64,000 bases of DNA, taken from positions 15,430,699 to 15,494,698 of the forward strand of contig OZ316894.1 of assembly GCA_973895155.1 (NCBI GenBank), written 5' to 3'. Position 1 is the first letter of the stretch. Each line of letters opens with the position of its first letter. Source of the stretch: Marsupella aquatica (taxonomy: Eukaryota; Plantae; Marchantiophyta). A model generated the notes under the pieces. It was given only the letters and a program-made list of their open reading frames with translations, was not told where the DNA came from and did not search any database. Below, piece by piece: positions 1-12,419 of this stretch. The translations under genes and the position numbers were made by a program.

Positions 1-2666
1 GAAGCACAGGTATCGGAACTTAGGAAAGTCTATGGTTCCCGCCAAGGTACTTCGTCATTTTCCACTCATTCCCAGACTTCAGCGGATGTTCAGAAGCAGT
101 GCCATCTCGGAGATGATGACTTGGGCAACTGACAAGAAAAGTGATGATGGGCTACAATGACATGCTGCAGATTCAAGGTAGTGGAAACTCATAGATGAGA
201 TGTATCCCAAATTTGCTGCTGAGCTGAGGAATGTCAGACTTGGGCTGTCATTGGATGGGGTCAACCCATTTGGAGACAAGAACAACAAATTTTTGTGTTG
301 GCCTGAAACTATTTTGAATTATAACCTTCCTCCATAGATGACTACAAAGCGATTTTTTGTTCTGATGGTCCTACTGATACCAGGGCCAGACAGTGTTGTA
401 TCTGCCAGCATAGATGTGTTTTTGGCTCCCCTAGTGGAGGAATTGAGAAAGCTTTGGGAGGAAGGAGTCCTCACATATGATGTCCTACAGAGGCTTGGGA
501 GGTTAAACCCATTCATCCTTAGAGCCATCGTCATTCTGACTATAGCTGACTACCCAGCCCATGGGATGATATCAGGCCAAACAACAAAAGGATATTGTGC
601 TTGTACTATTTATGGGCGCAATGTCACCAGTGAGTACTCCAGAGCCCTGCAGAAAGTAATATACATGGGGCCATCGTCATTTTTTGAAGGCAGATCACCC
701 TTACAAAGAAAGATAGGCACTGATTGCACACTTTGGCAATGAGATTGAGCAACGTGGACCCCCAGCACGAGTGACCAAAGAGGAGATCAGGCAGTGGGGA
801 GCACTGAGGGATGACTATATCAAACGAGGGGGCAGGGAAGATGGAGTGAGTGATCCAATAAAGCGATATGGTGTAAAAAGACTGAGCATATTGGACTTGG
901 AGCTCAAGTATTGGAGGGTAAGCCTCTTGGAGTTGATGCTAATTGGGATACATGTTTTGGTTCAGAGCATGTGCATTCATTTCGAAGAGAGAGACTAAAC
1001 TTGAGGCATTTGCTGACGCTTTTGCATTGCAACGGTGCAGGAGTTTGAGCCAAGCAAACATAACATTGATGTTATGCACATTGAGAAGAATATTTGTGAG
1101 AGTCTACTCAGATTCTTGTGTAAAGAGAAAGACACTGGTTCAGTGAGATTGGATCTTGAATAGAGGGGAATGAAACCCCATCTTTGGTTGAGGCCACATG
1201 CCCACAGAGCTGATGTGCTCTTGAAGTACCAAGCGCCCTATGTTCTGACAAACACAGAGTGGGAACTATTTGTGCAGAGGTTGAGTTCTTTGAAGGTTCC
1301 TTCAAACTATGGCAGTGCTTTCAAGAAGCATATCATGACTAGAAAGCTTGGTAGTATGAAAAGCCATGACTACCATATGTTGATGCAACAGGTGTTGCCT
1401 TTATGTCTGAGGGGCCTGTTGCAGAAGCCTGTTCGTAATGTGATCATGCGACTCAGTGATGTGTTTTGTCATATTTGTGTGAAGGTTTGGGATGAAACAC
1501 ACTTCCCACAACTGATAGAAGATGTCGCTCAGGTGCTGTGTGACCTGGAGATTTATTTTCCTCCCGCATTTTTTGATGTCATGACCCACCTACTTGTCCA
1601 TGTTGTGGAAGAGCTACACCAATTTGGGCCTATGAGTGCTCGTTGGTTGTATCCTTTGGAACGGTACATGAAGCTGCTCAAAGGTCACGTGAGAACATAT
1701 TACAAACCTGAAGCAAGCATGGCTAAAGGTTACATCAAGGATGAGACTCTGGGATTTCTGACCGAATACATAGCACAATATGAGCATGTGAAGACCAGGG
1801 TGTGGAATTCTGATGAGGAGGAAGGGGTGATAGGTGAAGTACTAGAAGGGGCTGCAACCACAAAGAACCTGACCACATCTATGAGGGACTTGGCACATGA
1901 CTTTGTATTGCACAACACTGTGGTGATGGAACCCTGGATACAATGAGTGCATACATGTGCTATAATCCAGTTCATGAGCTTAAATGTTGTGTTCGTGTGG
2001 TTTTCTCCTTCAGCCTGTTCATGTTTACCCAAGCTAATGCTGTGTGGTTGTTCGTTCAGGGAGTATGAGTCATTGAAGGCGACCCATCCCACTGCAGGAA
2101 CAACTTTTCCAGGTTTCATGGAGTGGATCAAAGTGGCAATTAGAGAGCATCACGAGACCCACCCAGACATGGATGCAGATGTTTACCTACTGTCTAATGC
2201 CCCTAGCCTGAAAGTGAAGACTTACAAATGGATGAGAGCATATGGGAATCACTTCCGAGTGAAGGATGGTGACAGTGCCTACAGGGTGACGAATGACTGC
2301 GGGCTCATCACTGTATTTGAGCAACAGAGCCACAATCACGACAGGGCCTGGATGGAGATGGGATATGTGGGAGAATTAGTTGACATATGGGCTCTGGACT
2401 ATGGGGCGGTGTCCAGTCCTGTGATTCTTATGAAAGGTTCATGGGTGCGGCAAGATTGGCTTGGTAATAGGGCTACCATGAAGAGAGACAACAACGGTTT
2501 CTTGCTGGCCAATTTCAGAGGGAAATTGCCCGAATGGTCTGAGCCATTTGTGTTTCCCAGTCAGGTGGAGCAAGCTTTCTTCCTGGATGTGGAAGACTCC
2601 CCAGGTTGGCGTGTAGTGTGTCATAAACAGGCCAGGCAACGTCGGATGGAAGGGTTTAGGGTTTAA
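1..2666 (+). pseudogene. CACTA Tnp2/TnpD-like transposase (Transposase_21, DUF4218, DUF4216-like), with in-frame stops and introns
   Basis: Motifs RNVRLGLSLDGVNPF, IDVFLAPLVEEL, ADYPAHGMISG, MKSHDYHMLMQ, FPPAFFDVMTHLLVH, RWLYPLERYMK, EPFVFPSQVEQAFF. Premature stops and GT..AG introns at ~919-1040 and ~1945-2059. Confidence 0.9.
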
Positions 2667-2971
2667 CCCTAAACTCTCATAGTGCCTTTGATCGTCGGCG
2701 TTCAGACCAAGTGCCTGTAGTTCATGATAGCGGGGACTTCATTCCTGTGACAAGGGTAGATGCATTTGCTGAAGGAGGTGAATTTAGAGATGCAGATACC
2801 AACAGTGTGCCTATGCCATGAGTAATGTGAATTGTTTGCATGGACAATAGTGAGGGGATGTGTAATAAAGTAATTCTGAAGCAACACAGATGTATGGATG
2901 GATGCTGGTGATTGTGGTTACATTGTATTATATGGGGTGACCATAGATGACATGTTTTTGTGGTCTAGTAG

Positions 2972-5900
2972 GATGGAACAAAGTGACACAGAGATGTGTG
3001 AGTATGAAAGGAAAGCTATGGAACAACGAGCATACGTGAAAGCCAAAATTGCAGAATTGGATCTGGAAAAGGATGTGGCTGAATTGTAAGGGAACGATCC
3101 TCAACTACACCCCTCCGCTGAGTTTGTGTGACATGAATAGTTCAATGTGGCACTGAAATTGTGACTAGAATGTCGCAGAGCAGCAGGTTTTTCAAAGAAA
3201 CAAAAGGAGTACACAAGAAGGGTGACCAGCACTATATCTGGGCCTGTGCGTCGGAGTGACAGGTTGAGCAAGAAGGTCATACCTACAATGGCAGAATGTG
3301 GAGATGACATGGATGCTGCGCAAGTGGGTGCAGACACTAGACAAGAAGATGCAGATGATGAGTATTTTCCAGAGGAAATGGATGAGGATGGGGGTTATGA
3401 AGATGAATACATTACAGAGCAGCCCCAAAAGAAACAGGTAAGTAGTTTTCGCAACAAGCTAGGTTTAGAGTTAAAAACTCTTGTTGAGAGGTTTCATATG
3501 TTCACCCTATGTACCTTGCTTAGTTCCTGACATTGTAGCTAGTGATGTGATGCAGCGTCCTGCCAGTTCTGTTTTGCCTGCAAAGCCTGTGCATGCACCA
3601 TACCAGCAGGGGGGCTGACCTCTGATCAAGGTTGGCAAGGTGGTAGTAGTGGTAGATCCCAGGCTGGTGCCCAATACTATGGCAGGGGGCAAGCTCTAGG
3701 TTATGCCCGTGGTAGAGGCAGAGTAGGCCCAAACCCACAGTCTCGTGGGTATGGACGTCCACCTCAACCATGGGGATGTGAGTATATATCTATATGCCAG
3801 TTATTTGTGAAGGCATGGCACTCCTGAATTTCAGACTGCATATCAATTTTTGACATTGTTTGGGATGTATTGGATCCAGACAACATGAAATTTTATCCAC
3901 CTGCCATTGCATGCAGATTCTGCCCAACCTGATTGGGCAAATGCTGGTAATGATCAGTTCCAATGTCCACAAGGACAGACATGGGTTGAACCAGGTTGGG
4001 AGGATGGTGGTGGGTCGTCGAATGAACAAGGTTGGGAAGGTGGTGAAGGTAATTGGCAGGGATTTCAAAATACAGTACCTACAAACGTTGGAAGAGGGGC
4101 AGGTAATGTCTGATCTTGTCAGCAATGGAAGAACTCATTATATGTGGAGTCCATTGACGTGGGGGGGATTCTGCACATGTATAATAATAGAAAATGTATG
4201 TGTGCAGGTACAGTCAAACCATCGACTCAAGTATTCACTAATGCCCCTATGCAGATGCAGCACGGAAGGGGGCCAGGTATGTTGGTGAATGTTCATATGT
4301 TTTCCTATAGTTTGTACTACGTTTTCAGTACATATGTTTGCAGCCACATACCTAGAAAGTGACATCATCCGGCCCCTGTACTAGGTTGGACGTATAGGTG
4401 GTCCAGGGTCACAACAATTCCAGAGTGCAGTCCCTGCACGGGCATCTACAGACAGAGCTACAGGTATGTATGTTTGAAGAATTTTTCTTGAAGTGAAGCA
4501 TTGAATGTTGGCGTCATCCATTCTGCTGTATGTAGTTCTCAAGCATGAATGACATTGTATTTTCCCAGGTGGCTTCAGAACCCCAGGTAGGGTGAATGAA
4601 GGGGTGGCCAATACAACGCCCAGTACTACCAAGAGCAGTGCACGAGGGGAGGTGACAAAGAAAGGGAACGTAAAGTTGAATGAGAGACAATGGGTGGATG
4701 CTGAGTGTCCTCGTAAGAACCGTTGGCATGCTGATTTGAAAGCTGAAGTATTGCGTTGGTTAGATGTGAGTGTTATTAATTTTAAAAAACAACATCCAAA
4801 AGATTGAAAGACTGTATGTGAAAATGTTGCTGCCAAATGGAATTATGTGGGTAGTGATGATGGCGTGGACATAGGTTGCCTAGAGAGTACAACAAGTAAA
4901 ATCATAAAGCAAGAGAGGTGGAGAATGCATAAGGCTTGGAAGGAAGGTGGGGAGAAGCCAGATATGCCTCCACCAGCCAGTTGTGATGATAAAGTGTGGG
5001 CAAGGTTAGTAGCTTATTTTGTAACAGATGCTTCGAAAAAGAAGAGTTCACAGATGACCGAGGCCAGGTTGAGTGTTCAAAACCCTAATCTGACAGGAAG
5101 GACCGGCACTGCACCGACAGCAAAACGTTTGGTAAGAATCAATGGCCTAGCTATGTAATTTATGCTACACTATGTACTGTTTTTTAGTGTAAACCCATAC
5201 ATGTAAACTTTGTTTTTTAGTGTACGTTCCCTGAATAATAATGATAACTTGTGTTTGCCATGCATGTGCAGAAAGCCCAATTGGGGCAAAGCCCTTCAAA
5301 AGAAGAGTTGAGGGCTGAAATTGTGAACACCCGGGCTCAAGAGGGTGCATCTGAATCCTCCAAGCATGTAAGCTATATGAGTTCTGATTGGTAATTGAAT
5401 GACCTGCGTTGAATTTCAGGTGTACACTGTATATAACATTGATTGTGCATATATTGCCCAACATTTCATATGGAGTGATTGAACCTATACCCCTGTGTCA
5501 TGTAGGGAGGCGGATCTTCACTTACAGAGATAAGTGGTCGTTTGAAGGCTATCAAAACATGTCTTCCAGAGATCAATGAACGTTTGAATTCATTGACTGA
5601 CTTGTTCCATGTGAACTTCAAGACATTAATGGAAGCTGTTGTGTCGGTGAGAGATAAAATTGATTCCAATTCTGCAGGAGTTCCACCATCACCACTTGAG
5701 GTGGCAAAGTCGATGCACTCTTCTGGCATGCCAACGACATGTAGGCTTGAAGGTAAGGCCTTTACAACTGTGTGGGATATGATTAGTAAATGTATAGTTT
5801 GAATTGACATAGTTTGTTGAATGTGTTATTTTCAGTAACATATATTGTGGTTATTGTGTCCATAGAGAATAAAACAGGTGCTGCAGAGAAGAAGTATGAG

Positions 5901-6662
5901 AACCTGGCAAATACTCGCTGTAATTTAGAGGCAACAAAGTTGCAGTCTGTACAAGCAACTTGTTTGACAGAGGGCAATCAACTATGTTTGCATGAGGATG
6001 ACATTGGCAAGGGAGTGGATGATATCAATGTTGGGGCAAATGAGGATATCAACAAGCATGACAATGATACCATTGAGCCAGATTCATGCTATGTAGATCT
6101 TGACTCCATTGCAGAGATAAATGATTTGCAGAATGTATCATTCTCAATGATAGGTGTGCCTCTTATTGAGATAAATCCAACCAAAGAGTTAGTTGGTATG
6201 ACACTCCCAGGTGGTGAACCTGCTGCTGTGACAGTCCTAACAGAGGAACCTACTGAGCCTAGCTTCACTACTATGAAGAGAGGAAGCATGCGCACACGAA
6301 GCAAGTCTGCTGGTGGGAGTAGAGCCACATCAAAGGTTTCATACAAACCTCCAAGAACGGTGCTGGCAGAAAGATCTAAGGTGGAAGTAGGAAAAGCACC
6401 TAATGCTGAGGGACAAAGTGGCTTGTTAGTTGTTGATGAGAGTGGAACACAAGTAGGATTTGGCAGAGTGCAGGTTGGTTCCACAATGTTCCATGGCAAG
6501 CGGATTCCCCCAGGTTATTCAGTAGTGTTAGTCACATTACTAGTGAAACCTAAAGCTGTCCTTCCCATTCCAAACACAAATGATGATCCTCCTCAAAAGA
6601 CACTTGGAGATGCTGAAGGTTCTTTGGTATTATGGCCAAGCAAGTTCATAGAGGATCCATAA
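2972..6662 (+). pseudogene. CACTA second gene (TnpA-like; Ptta/En/Spm-like region and C-terminal TNP1-like domain), multi-exon
   Basis: Fragments IIKQERWRMHKAW...WARLVAYF...KKSSQMTEARL...GRTG (4592-5131) and C-terminal FHGKRIPPGYSVVLV...LPIPN...TLGDAEGSLVLWP (ORF 5814-6662). Many GT/AG-bounded exons. The exon model is approximate. Confidence 0.7.
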
Positions 6663-6674
6663 CAATGTCATGCC

Positions 6675-6823
6675 TGTTGTAACCCGAGTTAACTCTAGCC
6701 TAACTAAGGTTAGACCTACCACAGTTGGTTAAGACTAACCGCCTAACTACCCTACCTGCCTAAGGGACTATATGTATTGGAAGAGGAATGAATAAAGGAG
6801 TTAGTTGTTGATGAGCTACAACA
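6675..6823 (+). repeat. Copia 5' LTR (149 bp)
   Basis: TGTTGTA...TACAACA inverted termini; near-identical to 12285-12419. Confidence 0.95.
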
Positions 6824-6837
6824 CGTTATCAGCACGA
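6824..6837 (+). promoter_or_regulatory. Primer binding site complementary to the anticodon arm of tRNA-Ile (half-tRNA priming)
   Basis: CGTTATCAGCACGA directly after the LTR; its reverse complement TCGTGCTGATAACG matches the plant tRNA-Ile anticodon stem-loop as recalled. Confidence 0.75.
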
Positions 6838-7139
6838 TGTCTGCAACGAGAATTTTTTTTTCAAACAAGCTTCAGAGGGACATTCATGCCAAGGCGATTG
6901 ATTCAGCACCATAGAAACTAATTTTTCGGGCAGCAGATCGATCGGGAGTGGTATAATTTGACCACGATTCCACGGATTGGGATTTGAGGGGGCTGACAAT
7001 AGAAGAAGCGGAGGCAGACCCAGGAATTCAACTTGAGAGACAACGACTCAAGAAGGGACATAGCCCCACATCATCACTCAGTCAAGTGCGAACGGATATA
7101 TTGTTATTATCACAGGATCAATTGACCAATTGATAGAAG

Positions 7140-10100
7140 ATGGCTGTACCCACTAACTCCATCGAGAAACTCCTATTTCAACCTCTGAGTATAGACGGCG
7201 CAAATTACCTATCCTGGACTCTAGATATTGAGGCCCACCTCGCAGCAAAAGAACTCCAAGACACGATCATTACAGATGCGGGAACTACTCTCCCACAAAA
7301 GGCGAAGGCCTTAATACTAATTCGGCACCATCTATGCGAGCCATTGAAGAAACAATACATGAACGAATTCAATCCCCGGCTACTATGGGATGACCTACAA
7401 TCCCGTTTCGATCACATTCGAACTATCTACCTACCCGCAGCTCGCCACGACTGGATCAATCTGCGCGTCCAAGACTACAAGACGGTCGCAGATTATAACA
7501 GTGAGCTATTCAGGATCATCGCACAACTGGCCATCTGCGGCCAACCAATAAACGATGCAGAGCAGATCGAAAAAACACTGTCAACTCTTCATTCTTCAAA
7601 CCTTATCCTCTCTACACAATACAGGAATATGGCCTTTACCAAATACTCCGAACTAATTGCGCATATGCTGCTGGCTGAAAAGCACCAGCTCCTACTACTA
7701 CAAAATTCGCAGAAACGCCCACCGGGGACCCTCCCGTCCACATCAGCTCCCGAGACCAACTACGCCACACCACAGAGGGGAGAATCAAGAAACTATCGAG
7801 GCCGCGCAGGCACCAGGGGACGCAGCCCGAATAGGGGTCGAAGCAATAACTTTCAACGAGGCGGCAGAGGGAATTTCCACCGAGGACGCGGCCAAGGCAG
7901 ATCGAGATACAACGGCAGGAGCTCGTGGAACACCTGGACGAGAGAGAACAATAATCAGAATCGCACGAAGTTCAACGAGGACCAGCACAACCAACGAGAT
8001 ATGACCACCAACCCCCCTCTCTGTTTTCGCTGTGGAACTAAAGGGCACATTCAGAAACACTGCAGAGCACCTTCACATCTAGTAGCCCTTTATAAGAAAA
8101 GCATGAACACAAACGCACCTGAAACATATGGCACTTTCATGGACTCCGCTGAGATCCTTCCCGAGATCAACATGATTATAAGGAACCACACAAAGAACCC
8201 AAACAATCCTCACTCATGTATAGTCGATAGTGGGACCTCACATTCAATTCTGAAAAATAAGGAATACTTTACCCACATAACCCCATCACAGCGAAAGGTC
8301 ACCACCATAATGGGCCAACATCAGTTAGAGGAGGGCTACGGACCTGCAACCGTCACATTACCACAAGGCACAGTGATAAAGATACACTCTGCCATATACG
8401 CACCCAAAGCCACCAGGAACCTCCTAAGTGTTGGAGACATAAGAGCCAACGATCTGCATATCCAAACTGGGACTTCCAACAAACTCGAAGTCCTACATAT
8501 CACATCCAAGACTCCACAGAACAATGGGATCCTGGAAACACTAAAAGCCCATCACCCCGGCTTTTATACTACCAACATACACAGCTTCCATACCGAGCCA
8601 GAGAATCAAAAGCCACAAAACCCCATCACAGAGATCTGGCACAGGAGACTTGGCCACCCGGGCCTTAACATGTTCCAGAGAATCGTTAAACAGACCAAGG
8701 GCATACCGCCTACAGTACACCCCACATCTATGCTCGGACCATGCCTTGCCTGTTCACAAGGTAAACTGATAATAAGGCCCTCACCAACCCCACCTGGAAC
8801 CAGAATCCCCAACTTTCTGGAACGGATCCACGCAGATGTATGTGGACCGATCGACCCCCCTAGTGGCCCATTCCGCTTTTACCTAGCAGTAATAGATGCC
8901 TCAACTAAATGGTCCCAAATCTCACTCCTATCCACAAGAAATCTAGTTTTCCCTCGCTTACTGGCTCACATCTTGAAACTAAGAGCACAATTCCCGGATA
9001 ACCAGATCCAGACAATCAGAGTGGACAATGCAGGGGAATTTACCTCCAAAACCTTTGAAGACTTTTGCACTGCTACAGGCATAGACGTACAGTACCCCGT
9101 CCCCCACGTCCACTTCCAAAACGGGACAGCGGAATCGTTGATAAAACGCCTCCAAATAATTGCCAGACCAATACTGATGCAGAGCAACCTCCCCACAACC
9201 GCATGGGGACATGCCATCCTACACTCTGCCACACTACTCAGTTACAGACCGTCAGCATACAACTCAAGCTCACCACACACTCTGGCACTCGGCACCATCC
9301 CCAACATAACTCACCTTCGAACCTTTGGCTGCCAAGTAATGGTACCAATACTGGGCCCCAAACGAACCAAAATGGGCCCTCAGCGGCAAGCAGGAATATA
9401 CATTGGATGTGATTCCACATCCATCATTCGATACCTGGAACCCACCACAGCCGACGTTTTTAAGGCCCGATTCAGCGACTGCCACTTCTATGAAACTACA
9501 TTTCCAAAACTACAAACAAGACAGGAAACAGATAGCGACAAATCTCTCACCTGGCAAATCCAATCTGCATTTTGGCAGGATCCCCGAACTAGCCAATCTG
9601 ACACGGAAGTTAAAAGAATACTCCACCTCACAAACCTGATAGAACACCTACCAGACTCTTTTGCAGATGCCGCAAAAATAACCCGATCACACATACCGGC
9701 AGCAAACACACCTTCGCGCATACAGATGGACATCCAACCGGCAACTGTAACCTCACCACGAGCAAAGCGGGGCCGCCCCCTAGGAGCTACAGACAAACAA
9801 CCCAGACAAAGGAAAGCAGCACCTCCAAGAGCTCCATCACCACATTCAGAACTGCCAACCCCTCAGACCACCACACCAGAAGATAACGACGAGATCGCTA
9901 TCAATTATGGAAGCACAGGGCACATATGGGACAGAACACACACAACAATAGATGATAAATTCGCGTTCCATATATCCCAACAAATAGACGAAGACTCACA
10001 TGATCCAAAGACAATCCGGGAAGCACAAACCCACTCAGACTGGCCCGAGTGGGAAAAAGCAATTAACCTAGAACTAGACTCCCTTATATCTCGCCATGTC

Positions 10101-11750
10101 TTCGGCCCCATCACTCCAGCAGCACCAGGCATTCACCTCACAGGCTGCAGATGGACCTTTGTGAAGAAACGGAATGCACAGGGGGAAGTAGTCAGACATA
10201 AGGCCCGACTAGTAGCAAAGGGCTTTACCCAAATCCCGGGCCGTGACTACGACCTCACGTACTCCCCAGTGATGGACGCCATCACTTACCGCTACCTAAT
10301 CACCTTTTCACAGTACCACAACTTATCCATGCACCAACTGGACATAGTGACGGCATACTTATATGGGCACCTGGACACAGTTATACACATGGAAGCACCA
10401 CCCGAGTTGATACAACGTGTGGAACACCACTGCCAGGGGGAGCAGACACCCATGAGACTAGATCACACTGAGAAAAGCAAATTCGATCACACCAATGAGG
10501 CAGTACTACATACAATAGCCAAATCAATTGCACTAAAAGCTTCTTCAAAGCAAATGCTCACCAAGCAAACTCGTTTTGCAGTGCAAGTCCTTCGCTCCAT
10601 GTATGGCCTGAAACAGAGCGGCCTAACTTGGTATAAGAGATTTAAATCTGAAATGTTAACCATGGGATTTAAAAATTCAGATATCACACCTTGCATATTC
10701 CTCAAGCAGGAAGGACGTGAAGTTATAATCATTGCAATATATGTGGATGACCTGAACTTATTCGGGACCAGCCGAATCATGCTGGAAACTATCCAATTAC
10801 TGAAAAAGGCATTTGAGGTGCGAGACTTGGGACAGACTACTTTCTGCCTCGGCCTACAATTCGAACATCTGCCAAATGGAATCCTACTGCACCAATCTAC
10901 TTATACAAGAAAAATACTGAAGCAATTCAATATGCATCAGTCCAAACCAGTCAAATCCCCAATGGACATTCGCTCATTGGATATGGACAAGGACATTTTC
11001 CGGAAGAGGAACGAGAACGAGCCACTACTTGGCTCAGACAAACCATACCTATCTGCAATAGGGGTCCTGATGTTCCTCGCTAACCAGACAAGACCCGATC
11101 TGGCATTCTCAGTGAACCTACTGGCACGCCATAGCGCAACGCCAACCATAAGACACTGGAACGGCATTAAAAGAATCTTCAGATACTTAAGAGGCACGAC
11201 AGACCTCGGCTTATTCTACCCCAAGCATGATACTTACTTACTTACCGGGTACGCGGATGCAGGATACCTGTCGGACCCCGCAGATGCGAAATCACAGACA
11301 GGGTATGTGTTCCTGATGGGCAATACGGCCATCTCATGGAGGAGCAACAAGCAAACATTGACCACAACCTCGTCAAACCACTCCGAAATAATCGCATTAT
11401 ACGAGGCGAGCCGGGAATGCATATGGCTACGCAATGTGATCAACCACATACACGAAAACACAGGCATACCGAGATTGACCACACCCACACAACTCTATGA
11501 AGACAATAGACCGTGTGTCGATCAAATCCAAGCAGGGTTCATCAAGGGAGACAGAACGAAACACATTGCACCTAAGTTTTTCTTTACTCACGAGCAGCAG
11601 AACAAAAGCATCGCAGTTCAGTGGATCTCTAGCGAATCCAACTCTGCAGACATGTTTACGAAAGCACTCCCACCGAATCTACACAACCAGCATACACACT
11701 CGATAGGGATGCGAAGCCTATCTCAACTGCAGACCGGATCGAATCAATAA
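7140..11750 (+). CDS. Copia gag-pol polyprotein (Gag, CCHC knuckle, protease, integrase, RT, RNase H), intact 1536 aa
   Basis: CFRCGTKGHIQKHC; IVDSGTS; WHRRLGHP...CLACSQGK; IHADVCGP; RVDNAGEF; HKARLVAKGFTQ; IYVDDLNL; GYADAGY; TKHIAPKFF. Domain order PR-INT-RT-RH. Confidence 0.97.
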   Translation: MAVPTNSIEKLLFQPLSIDGANYLSWTLDIEAHLAAKELQDTIITDAGTTLPQKAKALILIRHHLCEPLKKQYMNEFNPRLLWDDLQSRFDHIRTIYLPAARHDWINLRVQDYKTVADYNSELFRIIAQLAICGQPINDAEQIEKTLSTLHSSNLILSTQYRNMAFTKYSELIAHMLLAEKHQLLLLQNSQKRPPGTLPSTSAPETNYATPQRGESRNYRGRAGTRGRSPNRGRSNNFQRGGRGNFHRGRGQGRSRYNGRSSWNTWTRENNNQNRTKFNEDQHNQRDMTTNPPLCFRCGTKGHIQKHCRAPSHLVALYKKSMNTNAPETYGTFMDSAEILPEINMIIRNHTKNPNNPHSCIVDSGTSHSILKNKEYFTHITPSQRKVTTIMGQHQLEEGYGPATVTLPQGTVIKIHSAIYAPKATRNLLSVGDIRANDLHIQTGTSNKLEVLHITSKTPQNNGILETLKAHHPGFYTTNIHSFHTEPENQKPQNPITEIWHRRLGHPGLNMFQRIVKQTKGIPPTVHPTSMLGPCLACSQGKLIIRPSPTPPGTRIPNFLERIHADVCGPIDPPSGPFRFYLAVIDASTKWSQISLLSTRNLVFPRLLAHILKLRAQFPDNQIQTIRVDNAGEFTSKTFEDFCTATGIDVQYPVPHVHFQNGTAESLIKRLQIIARPILMQSNLPTTAWGHAILHSATLLSYRPSAYNSSSPHTLALGTIPNITHLRTFGCQVMVPILGPKRTKMGPQRQAGIYIGCDSTSIIRYLEPTTADVFKARFSDCHFYETTFPKLQTRQETDSDKSLTWQIQSAFWQDPRTSQSDTEVKRILHLTNLIEHLPDSFADAAKITRSHIPAANTPSRIQMDIQPATVTSPRAKRGRPLGATDKQPRQRKAAPPRAPSPHSELPTPQTTTPEDNDEIAINYGSTGHIWDRTHTTIDDKFAFHISQQIDEDSHDPKTIREAQTHSDWPEWEKAINLELDSLISRHVFGPITPAAPGIHLTGCRWTFVKKRNAQGEVVRHKARLVAKGFTQIPGRDYDLTYSPVMDAITYRYLITFSQYHNLSMHQLDIVTAYLYGHLDTVIHMEAPPELIQRVEHHCQGEQTPMRLDHTEKSKFDHTNEAVLHTIAKSIALKASSKQMLTKQTRFAVQVLRSMYGLKQSGLTWYKRFKSEMLTMGFKNSDITPCIFLKQEGREVIIIAIYVDDLNLFGTSRIMLETIQLLKKAFEVRDLGQTTFCLGLQFEHLPNGILLHQSTYTRKILKQFNMHQSKPVKSPMDIRSLDMDKDIFRKRNENEPLLGSDKPYLSAIGVLMFLANQTRPDLAFSVNLLARHSATPTIRHWNGIKRIFRYLRGTTDLGLFYPKHDTYLLTGYADAGYLSDPADAKSQTGYVFLMGNTAISWRSNKQTLTTTSSNHSEIIALYEASRECIWLRNVINHIHENTGIPRLTTPTQLYEDNRPCVDQIQAGFIKGDRTKHIAPKFFFTHEQQNKSIAVQWISSESNSADMFTKALPPNLHNQHTHSIGMRSLSQLQTGSNQ

Positions 11751-12269
11751 ACTCGAGACACAATGATCGGAATGCAGACACGACATCACAGGTACGCCAG
11801 GTCACAAAGAATCACTCGGTGAAGCACTTAGAACATGGAGGAGCCGCAACAACGAACCTGGGAGAAACAAGAACCAACATCGATTCGACCATCGACAGTG
11901 AGAAGCTCAACTGGCAACCTTCAGGGGGAGATTCGCCCGACCTCCATCTCCGAATCCACTTACAACGTGAAGCAATCGAAAGCGAATCTTCCCCCACTCG
12001 AACCGAAGAGCTCCCTACTCACAAACGAAACAATCGACCACACAATCCGCAAATACATTAGGGCGTTTACACTTCATTCCTATTACCTACACTAGACTTT
12101 ACAAGTAATTTACCACTAACACAACACAATTACACTTACGAATTACATTTTTAAGAAGGAATGGTAACACTCTTTCCCCCCACAAGAAAGGAGGGGGGGT
12201 TTTAATGAGGTTACATTCCCACCACCTAGAGTAAACTAAATGTGGGTGCAACATTCCTTCCCAAGACCA

Positions 12270-12419
12270 TGTTACACCCAAGGGTTAACTCTAGTCTAAC
12301 TAAGGTTAGACCTACCACAGTTGGTTAAGACTAACCGCCTAACTACCCTACCTGCCTAAGGGACTATATGTATTGGAAGAGGAATGAATAAAGGAGTTAG
12401 TTGTTGATGAGCTACAACA
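12270..12419 (+). repeat. Copia 3' LTR (~150 bp)
   Basis: Matches the 5' LTR except for the first ~15 nt and one substitution; followed by the ATGCC TSD. Confidence 0.9.

Larger units (their letters stand above)
6675..12419 (+). mobile_element. Full-length Ty1/copia LTR retrotransposon, Bianca-like
   Basis: LTRs 6675-6823 and ~12270-12419 (TG...CA). 5-bp TSD ATGCC at 6670-6674 and 12420-12424. PBS CGTTATCAGCACGA. Single gag-pol ORF. Confidence 0.95.

Noticed and set aside
7657-11706. Numerous short overlapping or antisense ORFs within the copia ORF (likewise within the gypsy ORFs)
   Set aside because: Shadow frames of long coding regions with no motifs.
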